64,000 nucleotides of DNA from Terriglobia bacterium (GCA_020073615.1 JAIQEX010000013.1:9786-73785), one strand, 5' to 3'; counted from the first letter of the stretch, positions 8,412-16,183 are shown. The notes: generated by a model from the letters alone, not told the origin. Translations and numbers: made by a program.

Positions 8412-9439
8412 CAGACCAGGGGGTGGCCCTTGATGCCGGCATCCACGCGGTAGAGCGCGTTGGTGGTGGCCACCACCATGGCCCGCGACGGCGTGAAGGC
8501 GAGCCCCACGATGCCCGGGCCGGAGAGAAACAGGTCGGCGCGCCGGTCGGGAGAGATGCGGACCACGCCTTTGCGGCCGCCGATGGAGGCCGCCACGTAC
8601 AGCCGGCCTTCGGCATCGAAGGCCATGCCCTGCGGGCGGCCCAGGCCGCGATAGAAAATATCCACTTCACCGGCGTGGGAAACGCGGTAGACCGAATCGA
8701 AACTCGACGTGGTGGGCCCGGTCACGTACAGGAAGCCATCGGGACCGAACGCCAGGTGATAGGCGGCGATGGAAGGCTCCAGCGTGGCGAAGACGAAAAT
8801 CTGGCGGTCCGGGGCGATTTTGAAAATGGTGCCGCTGCGGTCGCCGACGTAGAGATTCTGCTCGCCGTCGAAGGCGATGCCGGTGGCCACGCCCATGCCC
8901 TCGACGAATGGGGAGATGTTGCCGCTGGGCGTCACCTGGTAGATGAATCCGTCGTGGCGGCTGGAGATGTAGAGCAGGCCCTGCGGGTCGAAGGCCAGGC
9001 CAGTGGCGTTCATCAGGTCGTTGATGAACGGCTTCATGGTGAAGTTCAGGTCGATCTTGTAGACCGCCACGGGGACCTTCTGGCCGCGCGATCCGCTGAA
9101 CGTGCTGTAGACGTTGCCGAACGCATCGACCGCCGGGTTGGACACCGGGTGCAGGCTGTCGGCGATTTGCACCCCGATATCGCAGGCCCAGGAATCGCTG
9201 GCCTGGGCGCCGCTCTCGATCACCACTTCGCCGGCCGTGGCGCCTTCCGGCACGCGCGCAATCACCAGCGAGTCCGAGCCGATCACCACCGGTGCGCCGA
9301 CTTCGCCGATGGTCACGCGGGGCCGCGCCGACCGGGCAAAGCCCTTTCCCCGAATCTGCAGTTCGCCCCCGGCGATGGCGGCGGGCGGCGTGACCTGTGC
9401 GATCTGGGGTTTGGCGTCGGACGATTTGCGAAGCGGCAT
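8411..9439 (-). CDS. IPT/TIG domain plus NHL/SMP-30-like beta-propeller protein
   Basis: The N-terminal 'VTPPAAIAGGELQIRGKGF' is IPT-like. It is followed by repeated 'GLAFDPQGLLYIS', 'GIAFDGEQNLYVGD' and 'GMAFDAEGRLYVA' blades. Its stop overlaps the cinA start. Confidence 0.65.
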   Translation of the reverse strand: MPLRKSSDAKPQIAQVTPPAAIAGGELQIRGKGFARSARPRVTIGEVGAPVVIGSDSLVIARVPEGATAGEVVIESGAQASDSWACDIGVQIADSLHPVSNPAVDAFGNVYSTFSGSRGQKVPVAVYKIDLNFTMKPFINDLMNATGLAFDPQGLLYISSRHDGFIYQVTPSGNISPFVEGMGVATGIAFDGEQNLYVGDRSGTIFKIAPDRQIFVFATLEPSIAAYHLAFGPDGFLYVTGPTTSSFDSVYRVSHAGEVDIFYRGLGRPQGMAFDAEGRLYVAASIGGRKGVVRISPDRRADLFLSGPGIVGLAFTPSRAMVVATTNALYRVDAGIKGHPLV

Positions 9440-9446
9440 ATTTTTA

Positions 9447-9911
9447 CTATAAATGGAACCATCCCGCCAGAACCAGCACCAGGGCCGCGTAGACGCCCGC
9501 CATCACGTCGTCCGCGTTGATTCCCAGCCCTCCCGGCAACGCTTCCAATTGTCGCACGGGCGGCGGCTTCCATATGTCGAACAGGCGAAAGAGCGCGAAA
9601 GCGGCGAGATAACCGGCCCAACTGAAGCGCGCCGCGCCGGCCAGCGCAATCCATTGGCCGATCACTTCATCGACCACCACAAAGGACGGGTCCTCGATCT
9701 TATGGGCGCGCGCGGTGACGCCCGCGGCCCACACGGCCGGCCCGAACAAGACCGCCGCGAGCACCAGGAAGTGCCATCGCCCGAAGCCCGCGTACTGGTG
9801 GAGGACGATGGCGATCAGGAGCGCAGCCGCCGAACCGGCCGTGCCGGGAGCAAACGGGGAGTAGCCGCAGCCGAACCAGGTGGCGAGGAGATGGGCCAGC
9901 TTAACCCGCAT
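9447..9911 (-). CDS. pgpA: phosphatidylglycerophosphatase A
   Basis: 'LATWFGCGYSPFAPGTAGS' and 'VVDEVIGQW' are PgpA signatures; 154 aa. Confidence 0.85.
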   Translation of the reverse strand: MRVKLAHLLATWFGCGYSPFAPGTAGSAAALLIAIVLHQYAGFGRWHFLVLAAVLFGPAVWAAGVTARAHKIEDPSFVVVDEVIGQWIALAGAARFSWAGYLAAFALFRLFDIWKPPPVRQLEALPGGLGINADDVMAGVYAALVLVLAGWFHL

Positions 9912-9917
9912 GAGAAT

Positions 9918-9993
9918 TCACCGCGGAGACGCCGAGGCGCCGAGAAAACCAAATCGGTTTTTTTCTCTCGGCGGCTCGGCGCCTCGGCGGTGA
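9918..9993. repeat. short copy of an inverted-repeat (REP/MITE-like) element; arms are 3 x CGCCGAGN
   Basis: The left arm TCACCGCGGAGACGCCGAGGCGCCGAGAAAA (9918-9948) pairs with TTCTCTCGGCGGCTCGGCGCCTCGGCGGTGA (9963-9993) at 27 of 31 positions. An inner AAAACC/GGTTTT pairing leaves a 5-nt loop. The same arms recur at 39471-39648. Confidence 0.8.
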
Positions 9994-10011
9994 AATATGT
10001 GTTCCGTGCCC

Positions 10012-10167
10012 CTACGATTCATCTTCCTCTTCCGGTTTCTCGCGCGCGGGAATGGCATACTTGCCCGACGCCCAGTTGCCCAGATCCACCAGGCGGCAGC
10101 GCTCGCTGCAAAACGGGAATTCCGGTTCGGCGGGCGCGACCTCCTTCTTGCAGATCGGGCATTTCAT
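10012..10167 (-). CDS. yacG: YacG-like zinc-ribbon protein (DNA gyrase inhibitor family)
   Basis: 'MKCPICKKEVAPAEPEFPFCSERCRLVDLGNW' matches the YacG CPxC...PFCSxRCxxxDLxxW pattern. Its ATG overlaps the rimO TGA (ATGA). Confidence 0.7.
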   Translation of the reverse strand: MKCPICKKEVAPAEPEFPFCSERCRLVDLGNWASGKYAIPAREKPEEEDES

Positions 10168-11543
10168 AGCGCGATCGAGACCAGCGGCGAGGGCGCAAGC
10201 GAGGGGGCCGCCTCGGTGGGCGCAAGCAGCGTGCCGACGACATCGTAATCGTGCGCTTCGGTAATGTGCAGACGGCGGATTTCGCCGGGGCGCGGGGCGG
10301 CGCCTTCGAAGTCGTTCACCAGCGTGACGCCGTCGATTTCGGGCGCCTGCGTTGCCATGCGGGCTTCCCACAGGAGATCGGTTTCCTGGGACGGGCCTTC
10401 GACCAGCACCGGGACTTCCCGGCCCACCAGTGCGCGGTTGCGGGCGCGCGCGATCTTCCGCTGGATGGCCATGACGCGGCGCTTGCGGTTCTGGATGGTG
10501 CGGCCGTCCACTTTGCCGTCCAGTCCGAAGCTGGCACTGGTGTCTTCGTCGGAGTATGCGAAGACGCCCAGGTTATCGAAGCGGGCGGCCTCCACGAACT
10601 GGCACAGCTCGCGGAAGTCCTCCGCCGTCTCGCCCGGGAATCCCACGATGAAGCTGGTGCGTATGGCCACTCCGGGAATGGTGCGGCGCACGCGCTCGAT
10701 CAGCTTCAGGAAGATATCACCCCCGGCGCCGCGCTTCATGCGTTTGAGCACGCGCGCGCTGGCATGTTGCAGCGGCATGTCGATGTACTTGGCCAGCGCC
10801 GGGTGCGCGGCCATGGTGTCGAGCAGCCTCTGCGTCACCTTGTTGGGGTAGGCGTACAGGAAGCGAATCCATTTCTCCTGCGCCGTTTCGATTTCCGCCA
10901 GGCGGCCCAGCAGGTGCGCCAGGCCGTGTTCCAGCCCGAAATCCTCGCCGTAGCAGGTGGTGTCCTGGCCGATCAGGTTGATCTCGCGCACCCCTTGCCG
11001 GAATAGGCGCGTGGCTTCCGAGATCACCGATTCGAAGCGGCGGCTGCGGAACCTGCCCCGGTACTGCGGGATCACGCAGAAAGTGCACGGGTGGTCGCAG
11101 CCCTCGGCGATCTTGATATACGCGAAGTGGCGCGGCGTGGCGAGAACGCGCGGCGTGAGGTCGTGGTACAGGTACGGCGCGGAAGCGGGCGCCGCCGGCA
11201 TGCCCTCGCACAGGGCCACGATGCTCTCCAGCTCGTTGGTCCCGATGATGGCGTCCACTTCCGGCAGTTCCTTGCGAATGTCGCCGCGATACCGTTCCAC
11301 CAGGCAGCCGGCGACGATCAGTTTCCGGGCGCGGCCGATCTTCTTGTATTCCGCCATCTCCAGGATGGTATTGACCGATTCTTTCTTGGCGGGATCGATG
11401 AAGCTGCAGGTATTGACCACCAGGACATCGGCCTGGCTGGGATCGGGCGTGAGCTCGTGGCCCCGGGCCACAAGCTGGCCCATCATAACTTCGCTATCGA
11501 CCAGGTTTTTGGGACAACCCAGGCTGACAAAACCGACTTTCAA
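10164..11543 (-). CDS. rimO: ribosomal protein S12 methylthiotransferase RimO
   Basis: It has an MTTase N-domain ('VVNTCSFIDPAK'), a radical-SAM 'AEGCDHPCTFCVIP' and a TRAM-like C-terminus. Confidence 0.9.
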   Translation of the reverse strand: MKVGFVSLGCPKNLVDSEVMMGQLVARGHELTPDPSQADVLVVNTCSFIDPAKKESVNTILEMAEYKKIGRARKLIVAGCLVERYRGDIRKELPEVDAIIGTNELESIVALCEGMPAAPASAPYLYHDLTPRVLATPRHFAYIKIAEGCDHPCTFCVIPQYRGRFRSRRFESVISEATRLFRQGVREINLIGQDTTCYGEDFGLEHGLAHLLGRLAEIETAQEKWIRFLYAYPNKVTQRLLDTMAAHPALAKYIDMPLQHASARVLKRMKRGAGGDIFLKLIERVRRTIPGVAIRTSFIVGFPGETAEDFRELCQFVEAARFDNLGVFAYSDEDTSASFGLDGKVDGRTIQNRKRRVMAIQRKIARARNRALVGREVPVLVEGPSQETDLLWEARMATQAPEIDGVTLVNDFEGAAPRPGEIRRLHITEAHDYDVVGTLLAPTEAAPSLAPSPLVSIAL

Positions 11544-11558
11544 AGGTGTATCCCGGCG

Positions 11559-11933
11559 TTACTTTTCGGTATGGGCCGCAGCCGCCGCGCCGATTGGCCT
11601 TTCCCAGCCGTCATGACGCATCGGAGCGCGGCGGCGAACCCCCGGCTTGCGGGCCGCGGCCTTGCGGGCTTCGGCATCCGTGCGCGCGGCCACATAAGCC
11701 AGCAGATCGTCGTTAGAGAGGATGTGCTCGTTCTGTTGCTGCATCTCCAGGCCGGCGGCCAGTTTGCGCGCGCAGAGAGACGGCCCCTCCTGTATGCCGA
11801 CGTGGTGCTTCAGAAACAACTTCAGATCAACCGTGACCGTGTAGCGAATGGTGGGCGCACGCTCTTCGATGAGCTCGAACCGATAGACCCGGACCGTCTC
11901 GGTCTGGTCGAACCCCATGTACCGTAACTGCAT
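11559..11933 (-). CDS. hypothetical protein (124 aa)
   Basis: The ORF sits tightly behind rimO on the same strand. It has no recognisable motif. The N-terminal half looks structured and the C-terminal tail is basic. Confidence 0.45.
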   Translation of the reverse strand: MQLRYMGFDQTETVRVYRFELIEERAPTIRYTVTVDLKLFLKHHVGIQEGPSLCARKLAAGLEMQQQNEHILSNDDLLAYVAARTDAEARKAAARKPGVRRRAPMRHDGWERPIGAAAAAHTEK

Positions 11934-12000
11934 TTGTTCCTCCCCCTCTCGCCAACCGGCCTGAGAGGACGGCCCTTGCGTACTGCCCCACCCGAAACTG

Positions 12001-12219
12001 CTATTCGCCCGCCGTTACGGAAACTTCACCGGACGGCTCCGCACCGGGCGGCTCGGCTCCGGACGGCTCTCCCGAATCTTCCAGCGGTGTGTCCAGAGAC
12101 CCCGGGTTCTGCTTCTCCACCTTGCGCTGCAATCTCTTGGCAAACTTGTCGCGCTGCTTCTCCATGCGCGCAATCTCTTTTTGCCGTTTTTTAAAAGTGG
12201 TACCCGACCGCATACCCAT
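12001..12219 (-). CDS. small basic hypothetical protein (72 aa)
   Basis: 'TFKKRQKEIARMEKQRDKFAKRLQRKVEKQ' is a Lys/Arg-rich helix, followed by an acidic Pro/Gly/Glu tail. It is called on ORF evidence and position only. Confidence 0.35.
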   Translation of the reverse strand: MGMRSGTTFKKRQKEIARMEKQRDKFAKRLQRKVEKQNPGSLDTPLEDSGEPSGAEPPGAEPSGEVSVTAGE

Positions 12220-12238
12220 AAGGACTGCTCCTTGATCT

Positions 12239-12265
12239 GCGGCCGGCCCAGAGGGAGCCGGCCGC
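12239..12265 (-). terminator. GC-rich hairpin downstream of the RRM gene (no U-tract)
   Basis: GCGGCCGGC-ccagaggga-GCCGGCCGC forms a perfect 9-bp stem 21 nt after the stop at 12286. No T-run follows, so terminator function is uncertain. Confidence 0.25.
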
Positions 12266-12285
12266 GTCTTATGACAAAGTTGTAA

Positions 12286-12618
12286 CTACCAGCGGGGTTC
12301 GCGCCGCTGGCGGGGACCACCACCGCCCTCGCGGCGGAAGCCGCCACCGCCAGACCCGCCCCGGCCCCCTTCGCCCTTGGGCCTGGCTTCGTTGATATTG
12401 AGGGCGCGACCGCCCAGTTCCGTGCCGTTGAGCGCGGCGATGGCGCGATCCGCCTCGGCCGCGTCCGGCATCTCCACAAATGCAAACCCGCGCGGCCGCC
12501 CGGTATCCCGATCCGTGACCAGGCTGACGCGATCCACTTTTCCATGAGCTTCGAATAGCGACCTGATCGAAGATTCGCTAGCCGCAAAATCCAGGTTGCC
12601 TACAAAAATGTTCTTCAC
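12286..12618 (-). CDS. RRM-type RNA-binding protein with RGG-rich tail
   Basis: It has RNP2 'IFVGNL', RNP1 'RGFAFVEM' and the C-terminal 'GEGGRGGSGGGGFRREGGGG'. Confidence 0.9.
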   Translation of the reverse strand: MKNIFVGNLDFAASESSIRSLFEAHGKVDRVSLVTDRDTGRPRGFAFVEMPDAAEADRAIAALNGTELGGRALNINEARPKGEGGRGGSGGGGFRREGGGGPRQRREPRW

Positions 12619-12825
12619 GTTGTTTCCTAACCTTCCACTTTCCAGTGTCTACTTTCTGATTGTGCAGGCTACGCCAGGCAAATGGATCAGGCCAAGTTTC
12701 GCGGGACGACCAAAAGGCACCTTCAGTTTAGCAGACTGGCCCCCCCCGATCCACCGGCCTTGACGTTCGTGCCCGCCGCGCGATATCGTCGGGCCAAGGT
12801 TAGCCGTCGCGAGCGTCACACGAAA

Positions 12826-13935
12826 ATGAGATACTTCACCGTTATTTTTCTGTTACTTCTGCGAGCCGCCCTGGCGCAGTCGCCCCAGTGGACCGCCAAG
12901 GACGCCGGCGACTGGTATGCCAAGCAGCCGTGGCTGGTGGGGAGCAATTATATCCCCAACTATGCCGTCAACCAGTTGGAAATGTGGCAGGCCGACAGCT
13001 TCGACCCGGACCGCATCGATATGGAACTGGGATGGGCCGAAGGGCTGGGCATGAACGTCATGCGCGTCTTCCTGCACGACCTGCTCTGGCAACGGGACGC
13101 CCCCGGCTTCACCAGGCGCATCGATCGCTTCCTGAAGGCCGCCGACAAGCACAAGATCCGCATCGTCTTCGTGCTGTTTGATTCGTGCTGGAACCCGTTC
13201 CCGGAACTGGGACAGCAGCGGGCGCCGAAGCCCGGCGTGCACAACTCGGGCTGGGTGCAAAGCCCGGGGGCCGCGGCCCTCATGGATTCGTCGCAGACCG
13301 ACCGTCTGCTGGAGTATGTCAAGGACGTGGTGGCGGCCTTCCGCGACGACAAGCGGGTGCTTGCCTGGGACCTCTGGAACGAACCCGACAACAACAACGA
13401 GAGCCGCAGCGGCGAGCCCCTGAACAAGGTTGACCTGGTGCTGCGCCTGTTGCCGCGCGTGTTTGCCTACGCCCGCGCCGGGCTGCCCACGCAGCCGCTG
13501 ACCTCCGGCGTCTGGCATGGCGACTGGTCTTCGCCCGCCGCGCTGACGCCCACGGAGCGCGTGCAACTGGAGCTTTCCGACGTGATTTCGTTTCATAACT
13601 ACGACGCGCCGCCGGAATTCGAGAAGCGCGTGCGCTGGCTGGGCGCATACAACCGCCCGATTCTCTGCACCGAGTACATGGCACGCCCCAACGGGAGCAC
13701 CTTCGAGGGAATTCTGCCGGTGGCCAAGAAGTACCGCGTGGCGGCCATCAACTGGGGACTGGTGGCGGGAAAAACGCAGACCTGGTGGCCCTGGGATTCC
13801 TGGCTCCACCCCTACACGGAACGCGAGCCCGCGGTATGGTTCCACGATGTCTTCCGGGCCGACGGACGCCCTTACCGCCAGGAAGAAGTGAACTTCATCC
13901 GCGATACCATCGGACGAAAAAACAAAGCCCGATAG
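12826..13935 (+). CDS. secreted (beta/alpha)8 glycoside hydrolase, GH5-like
   Basis: The ATG at 12826 gives the signal peptide 'MRYFTVIFLLLLRAALAQS'. 'LAWDLWNEPDN' carries the NEP acid/base motif of clan GH-A enzymes. Confidence 0.6.
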   Translation: MRYFTVIFLLLLRAALAQSPQWTAKDAGDWYAKQPWLVGSNYIPNYAVNQLEMWQADSFDPDRIDMELGWAEGLGMNVMRVFLHDLLWQRDAPGFTRRIDRFLKAADKHKIRIVFVLFDSCWNPFPELGQQRAPKPGVHNSGWVQSPGAAALMDSSQTDRLLEYVKDVVAAFRDDKRVLAWDLWNEPDNNNESRSGEPLNKVDLVLRLLPRVFAYARAGLPTQPLTSGVWHGDWSSPAALTPTERVQLELSDVISFHNYDAPPEFEKRVRWLGAYNRPILCTEYMARPNGSTFEGILPVAKKYRVAAINWGLVAGKTQTWWPWDSWLHPYTEREPAVWFHDVFRADGRPYRQEEVNFIRDTIGRKNKAR

Positions 13936-13948
13936 GGGCAACGCCGGG

Positions 13949-14806
13949 TTGACGATCTGCGTCCCAAGGGACATGCGCCTGATCGGCAAGGAGACGGACC
14001 GCGAGACCGAGTCCTGGGAGGTCATTGGGCTGGAGGGCTCGACCTACCGGAAGCTGGTGATGCGCAACGACCAGCCGCTCGCCGCCAAGGAGGAGAAGCG
14101 CGAAGTCCAGCGCCTGGCGGAGGAGGCCGAACGGCGGCGCAAGGAGACTCCCGAAGAGCGGCACAACCGCCTGTTCAGCGTGACCTACTCATACCAAATC
14201 CCCTATGACCGCCTGGTGGACGTGTTCGACCTCCGCTATCTGGGCGAGAAGGAGATCGACGGGCGGAAGGCGTTCGGCGTCGAAGCGGTGCCCAAGGCGG
14301 ATTTGCTTCCCGCCAACGAGAACGAGAGGGAATCGCGGAACTACCGCCTGGTGTTGTGGCTGGATTTCGAGGATTGCTATCCGGCGCACATCGATGGAGA
14401 GATCACCGGCGAACATTCGCGGCTGCAAAAAGGTACGGTCTTCCGTCTGGACGAAATCAAGCTCCCGCATGGCACCCGGATGCTCGCCGGGAACACGGTC
14501 CGCTACGCCGTGAAGTTCCTCAAACTGCACACGGTTCACGGCGAGGCGGTGCGCACCTACTCCGACTATCACAAGTTCCAGGCCGACCCACGATTCAGTT
14601 CGGAAAGTGAAGGGCGGGGCGGCACTCGGTCGGGCTATCGGCTCGCCGGCGAGCGCCGGCCTGGCATCGACGCCAATAACGCACGCAGAACGGCATTGAC
14701 CGATTCCGCGTTCTTGAACACGCGTGCCACGTCCGGGTCCAGCAGTATCGCAACCGATCCCGGCTGCATCCGCTGGGCAAACCGGTTCGGTTTGGCCTTG
14801 CTGTAG
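13949..14806 (+). CDS. fragmentary lipoprotein-sorting (LolA-fold-like) family protein, probably truncated at both ends
   Basis: A TTG start lies 14 nt after the previous stop, and there is no signal peptide. The body ('WEVIGLEGSTYRKLV...LWLDFEDCYPAHIDGEI...TYSDYHKFQA') resembles a common acidobacterial secreted family. The last 57 codons overlap brnA on the opposite strand. Confidence 0.35.
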   Translation: MTICVPRDMRLIGKETDRETESWEVIGLEGSTYRKLVMRNDQPLAAKEEKREVQRLAEEAERRRKETPEERHNRLFSVTYSYQIPYDRLVDVFDLRYLGEKEIDGRKAFGVEAVPKADLLPANENERESRNYRLVLWLDFEDCYPAHIDGEITGEHSRLQKGTVFRLDEIKLPHGTRMLAGNTVRYAVKFLKLHTVHGEAVRTYSDYHKFQADPRFSSESEGRGGTRSGYRLAGERRPGIDANNARRTALTDSAFLNTRATSGSSSIATDPGCIRWANRFGLALL

Positions 14807-14877
14807 TCGAAACGGTACTCGGCTCGCATGTCGTTATCGCGTTTCGGTTTGGGCTTAGTCTGTAGCGTGTTCTTCAT
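14635..14877 (-). CDS. brnA: BrnA-like antitoxin
   Basis: 'MRAEYRFDYSKAKPNRFAQRM...AILLDPDVARVFKNAESVNAVLRAL' matches the EYDFSKAK...LD.DV...F...VN.ALR pattern of antitoxins paired with BrnT. The internal ATG at 14877 overlaps the 3' end of brnT. Confidence 0.65.
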   Translation of the reverse strand: MKNTLQTKPKPKRDNDMRAEYRFDYSKAKPNRFAQRMQPGSVAILLDPDVARVFKNAESVNAVLRALLASMPGRRSPASR

Positions 14878-15145
14878 AGTTATTCTGTTCTTCCCTCGTC
14901 GCGCGGCGGGCGCTGACAATGCAGACCCGGTCCATTTCCGATTCCATAAAGCAGACCAGCAAGAGTCGCTTCGCCGAGGAATGGCCGATGATGATCTCGC
15001 GCGATTCTTCCGCGGAGTGCTCCTCGTCCGGAAAAATCCGCGCCAACGGGTTGCTGAATACCGAGATCGCCTCGGCAAAGCTCACGCCACGCTTCCGCAG
15101 ATTGGATCGAGCTTTGCGCCGGTCCCATTCGAACACCAAAGACAT
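14855..15145 (-). CDS. brnT: BrnT-family (DUF497) toxin
   Basis: 'FEWDRRKARSNLRKRGVSFAEAISVFSNPLARIFPDEEHSAEESREIIIG...VCIVSARRATREE' is the BrnT signature. Confidence 0.85.
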   Translation of the reverse strand: MSLVFEWDRRKARSNLRKRGVSFAEAISVFSNPLARIFPDEEHSAEESREIIIGHSSAKRLLLVCFMESEMDRVCIVSARRATREEQNNYEEHATD

Positions 15146-15225
15146 CGTGCCTGCCTACAGGATACCGCCGCAAAACGAACTCCATTCAGGTTGTCGGGGT
15201 TGTCAGCAAGTGCGAGTTCTTGATT

Positions 15226-15299
15226 TGGCTGGGACGCAGGGATTCGAACCCCGATACGCAGATCCAGAGTCTGCAGTCTTACCGTTAGACGACGTCCCA
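15226..15299 (-). tRNA. tRNA-Gln (anticodon CTG)
   Basis: The reverse complement is TGGGACGTCGTCTAACGGTAAGACTGCAGACTCTGGATCTGCGTATCGGGGTTCGAATCCCTGCGTCCCAGCCA. It folds as a 74-nt cloverleaf with a 7-bp acceptor stem, anticodon stem GCAGA/TCTGC, anticodon loop CTCTGGA, a T-loop TTCGAAT and an encoded CCA. Confidence 0.9.
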
Positions 15300-15371
15300 G
15301 TGGCATTTCATTTTACCAAAAGCCCGCCGGGGGAATCCAGGCGCCCGCACGTAGTACACTGAAAAATCAAC

Positions 15372-16172
15372 ATGGAGAAGTGGTTGCGGCTGTCCATCGC
15401 GCTGGGGCTGTGCGCCTCCGCCGGCCGGGCGGTCGACTGGAAAGCGCTTAAGCCGCAAGGCTACGTCAGCGATTTCGCGGGCGTAATCGATTCCGCCAGC
15501 AGGGAACAGTTGGAAGCCTACTGCGCCATCGTGGAGCGGTCCACCGGCGCGCAAATGGCGCTGGCCGCGGTGCCCTCGATCGAGGGCGAGCCCATCGAAG
15601 ACGTCGCCAACACGATCTATCGCGCCTGGGGCGTGGGGCAGAAGGGCAAAAACGAGGGCATCCTCCTGCTGCTGGCGATCAACGACCGCCGCAGCCGGCT
15701 CGAAGTAGGATACGGCCTCGAGCCCATTCTGCCGGACGGCCTCGACGGCAGCATCCTGCGCGAGATGCGCCCGGCGCTGCGCCAGAGGGATTACGGCGAT
15801 GCCCTGATGGCCGCCGCGCAGACCATCGGGAGCGCCATCGCCAATGCCAAGAACGTGCGGTTGCTGGCGCGGTTGCCGCGGCGCCATCGCGAGACCGGCT
15901 CCGGCCGCATTCCCTGGCCGCTTTTGATCGGCGGCTTCTTTCTGCTGCTGTGGCTGATCCGCTCGGCCGGGCCCCGCGGGTACGGCGGGGGCGGGGGGGG
16001 CGGCGGCGGTATTGGCAGTTTCCTGCCGGGGCTCATCCTGGGCAACATGATCGGGCGCTCTCTGGGCGGCGGCCGCGGCAGCGGAGGGTTCGGCGGATTC
16101 GATTCGGGCGGAGGATTCGGCGGATTCGGGGGCGGCGATTCCGGAGGCGGCGGCGCCTCCAGCGACTGGTGA
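15372..16172 (+). CDS. TPM-domain protein (YgcG-like) with TM segment and Gly-rich tail
   Basis: It has a signal peptide, then 'YVSDFAGVIDSASREQLE' and 'GILLLLAINDRRSRLEVGYGLE' (TPM fold). These are followed by a TM helix and a 'GGGGGGGG...GGFGGFDSGGGFGGFGGG' tail. Confidence 0.85.
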   Translation: MEKWLRLSIALGLCASAGRAVDWKALKPQGYVSDFAGVIDSASREQLEAYCAIVERSTGAQMALAAVPSIEGEPIEDVANTIYRAWGVGQKGKNEGILLLLAINDRRSRLEVGYGLEPILPDGLDGSILREMRPALRQRDYGDALMAAAQTIGSAIANAKNVRLLARLPRRHRETGSGRIPWPLLIGGFFLLLWLIRSAGPRGYGGGGGGGGGIGSFLPGLILGNMIGRSLGGGRGSGGFGGFDSGGGFGGFGGGDSGGGGASSDW

Positions 16173-16183
16173 GGAACCATCTC

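Noticed and set aside
13900-15225. I searched by eye for a direct repeat of the tRNA-Gln 3' end (GGGATTCGAACCCCG...) that would delimit an integrated island containing brnTA.
   Set aside because: No partial tRNA copy was found in this interval, so no island boundaries (att sites) are claimed.
15960-16170. Highly repetitive GGC/GGN DNA, also present at 38924-39160 and 24540-24620. I considered it as a possible CRISPR or other non-coding tandem array.
   Set aside because: The repeats are in frame inside well-supported genes, where they encode Gly-rich linkers or tails. There is no repeat-spacer periodicity and no cas genes are present.
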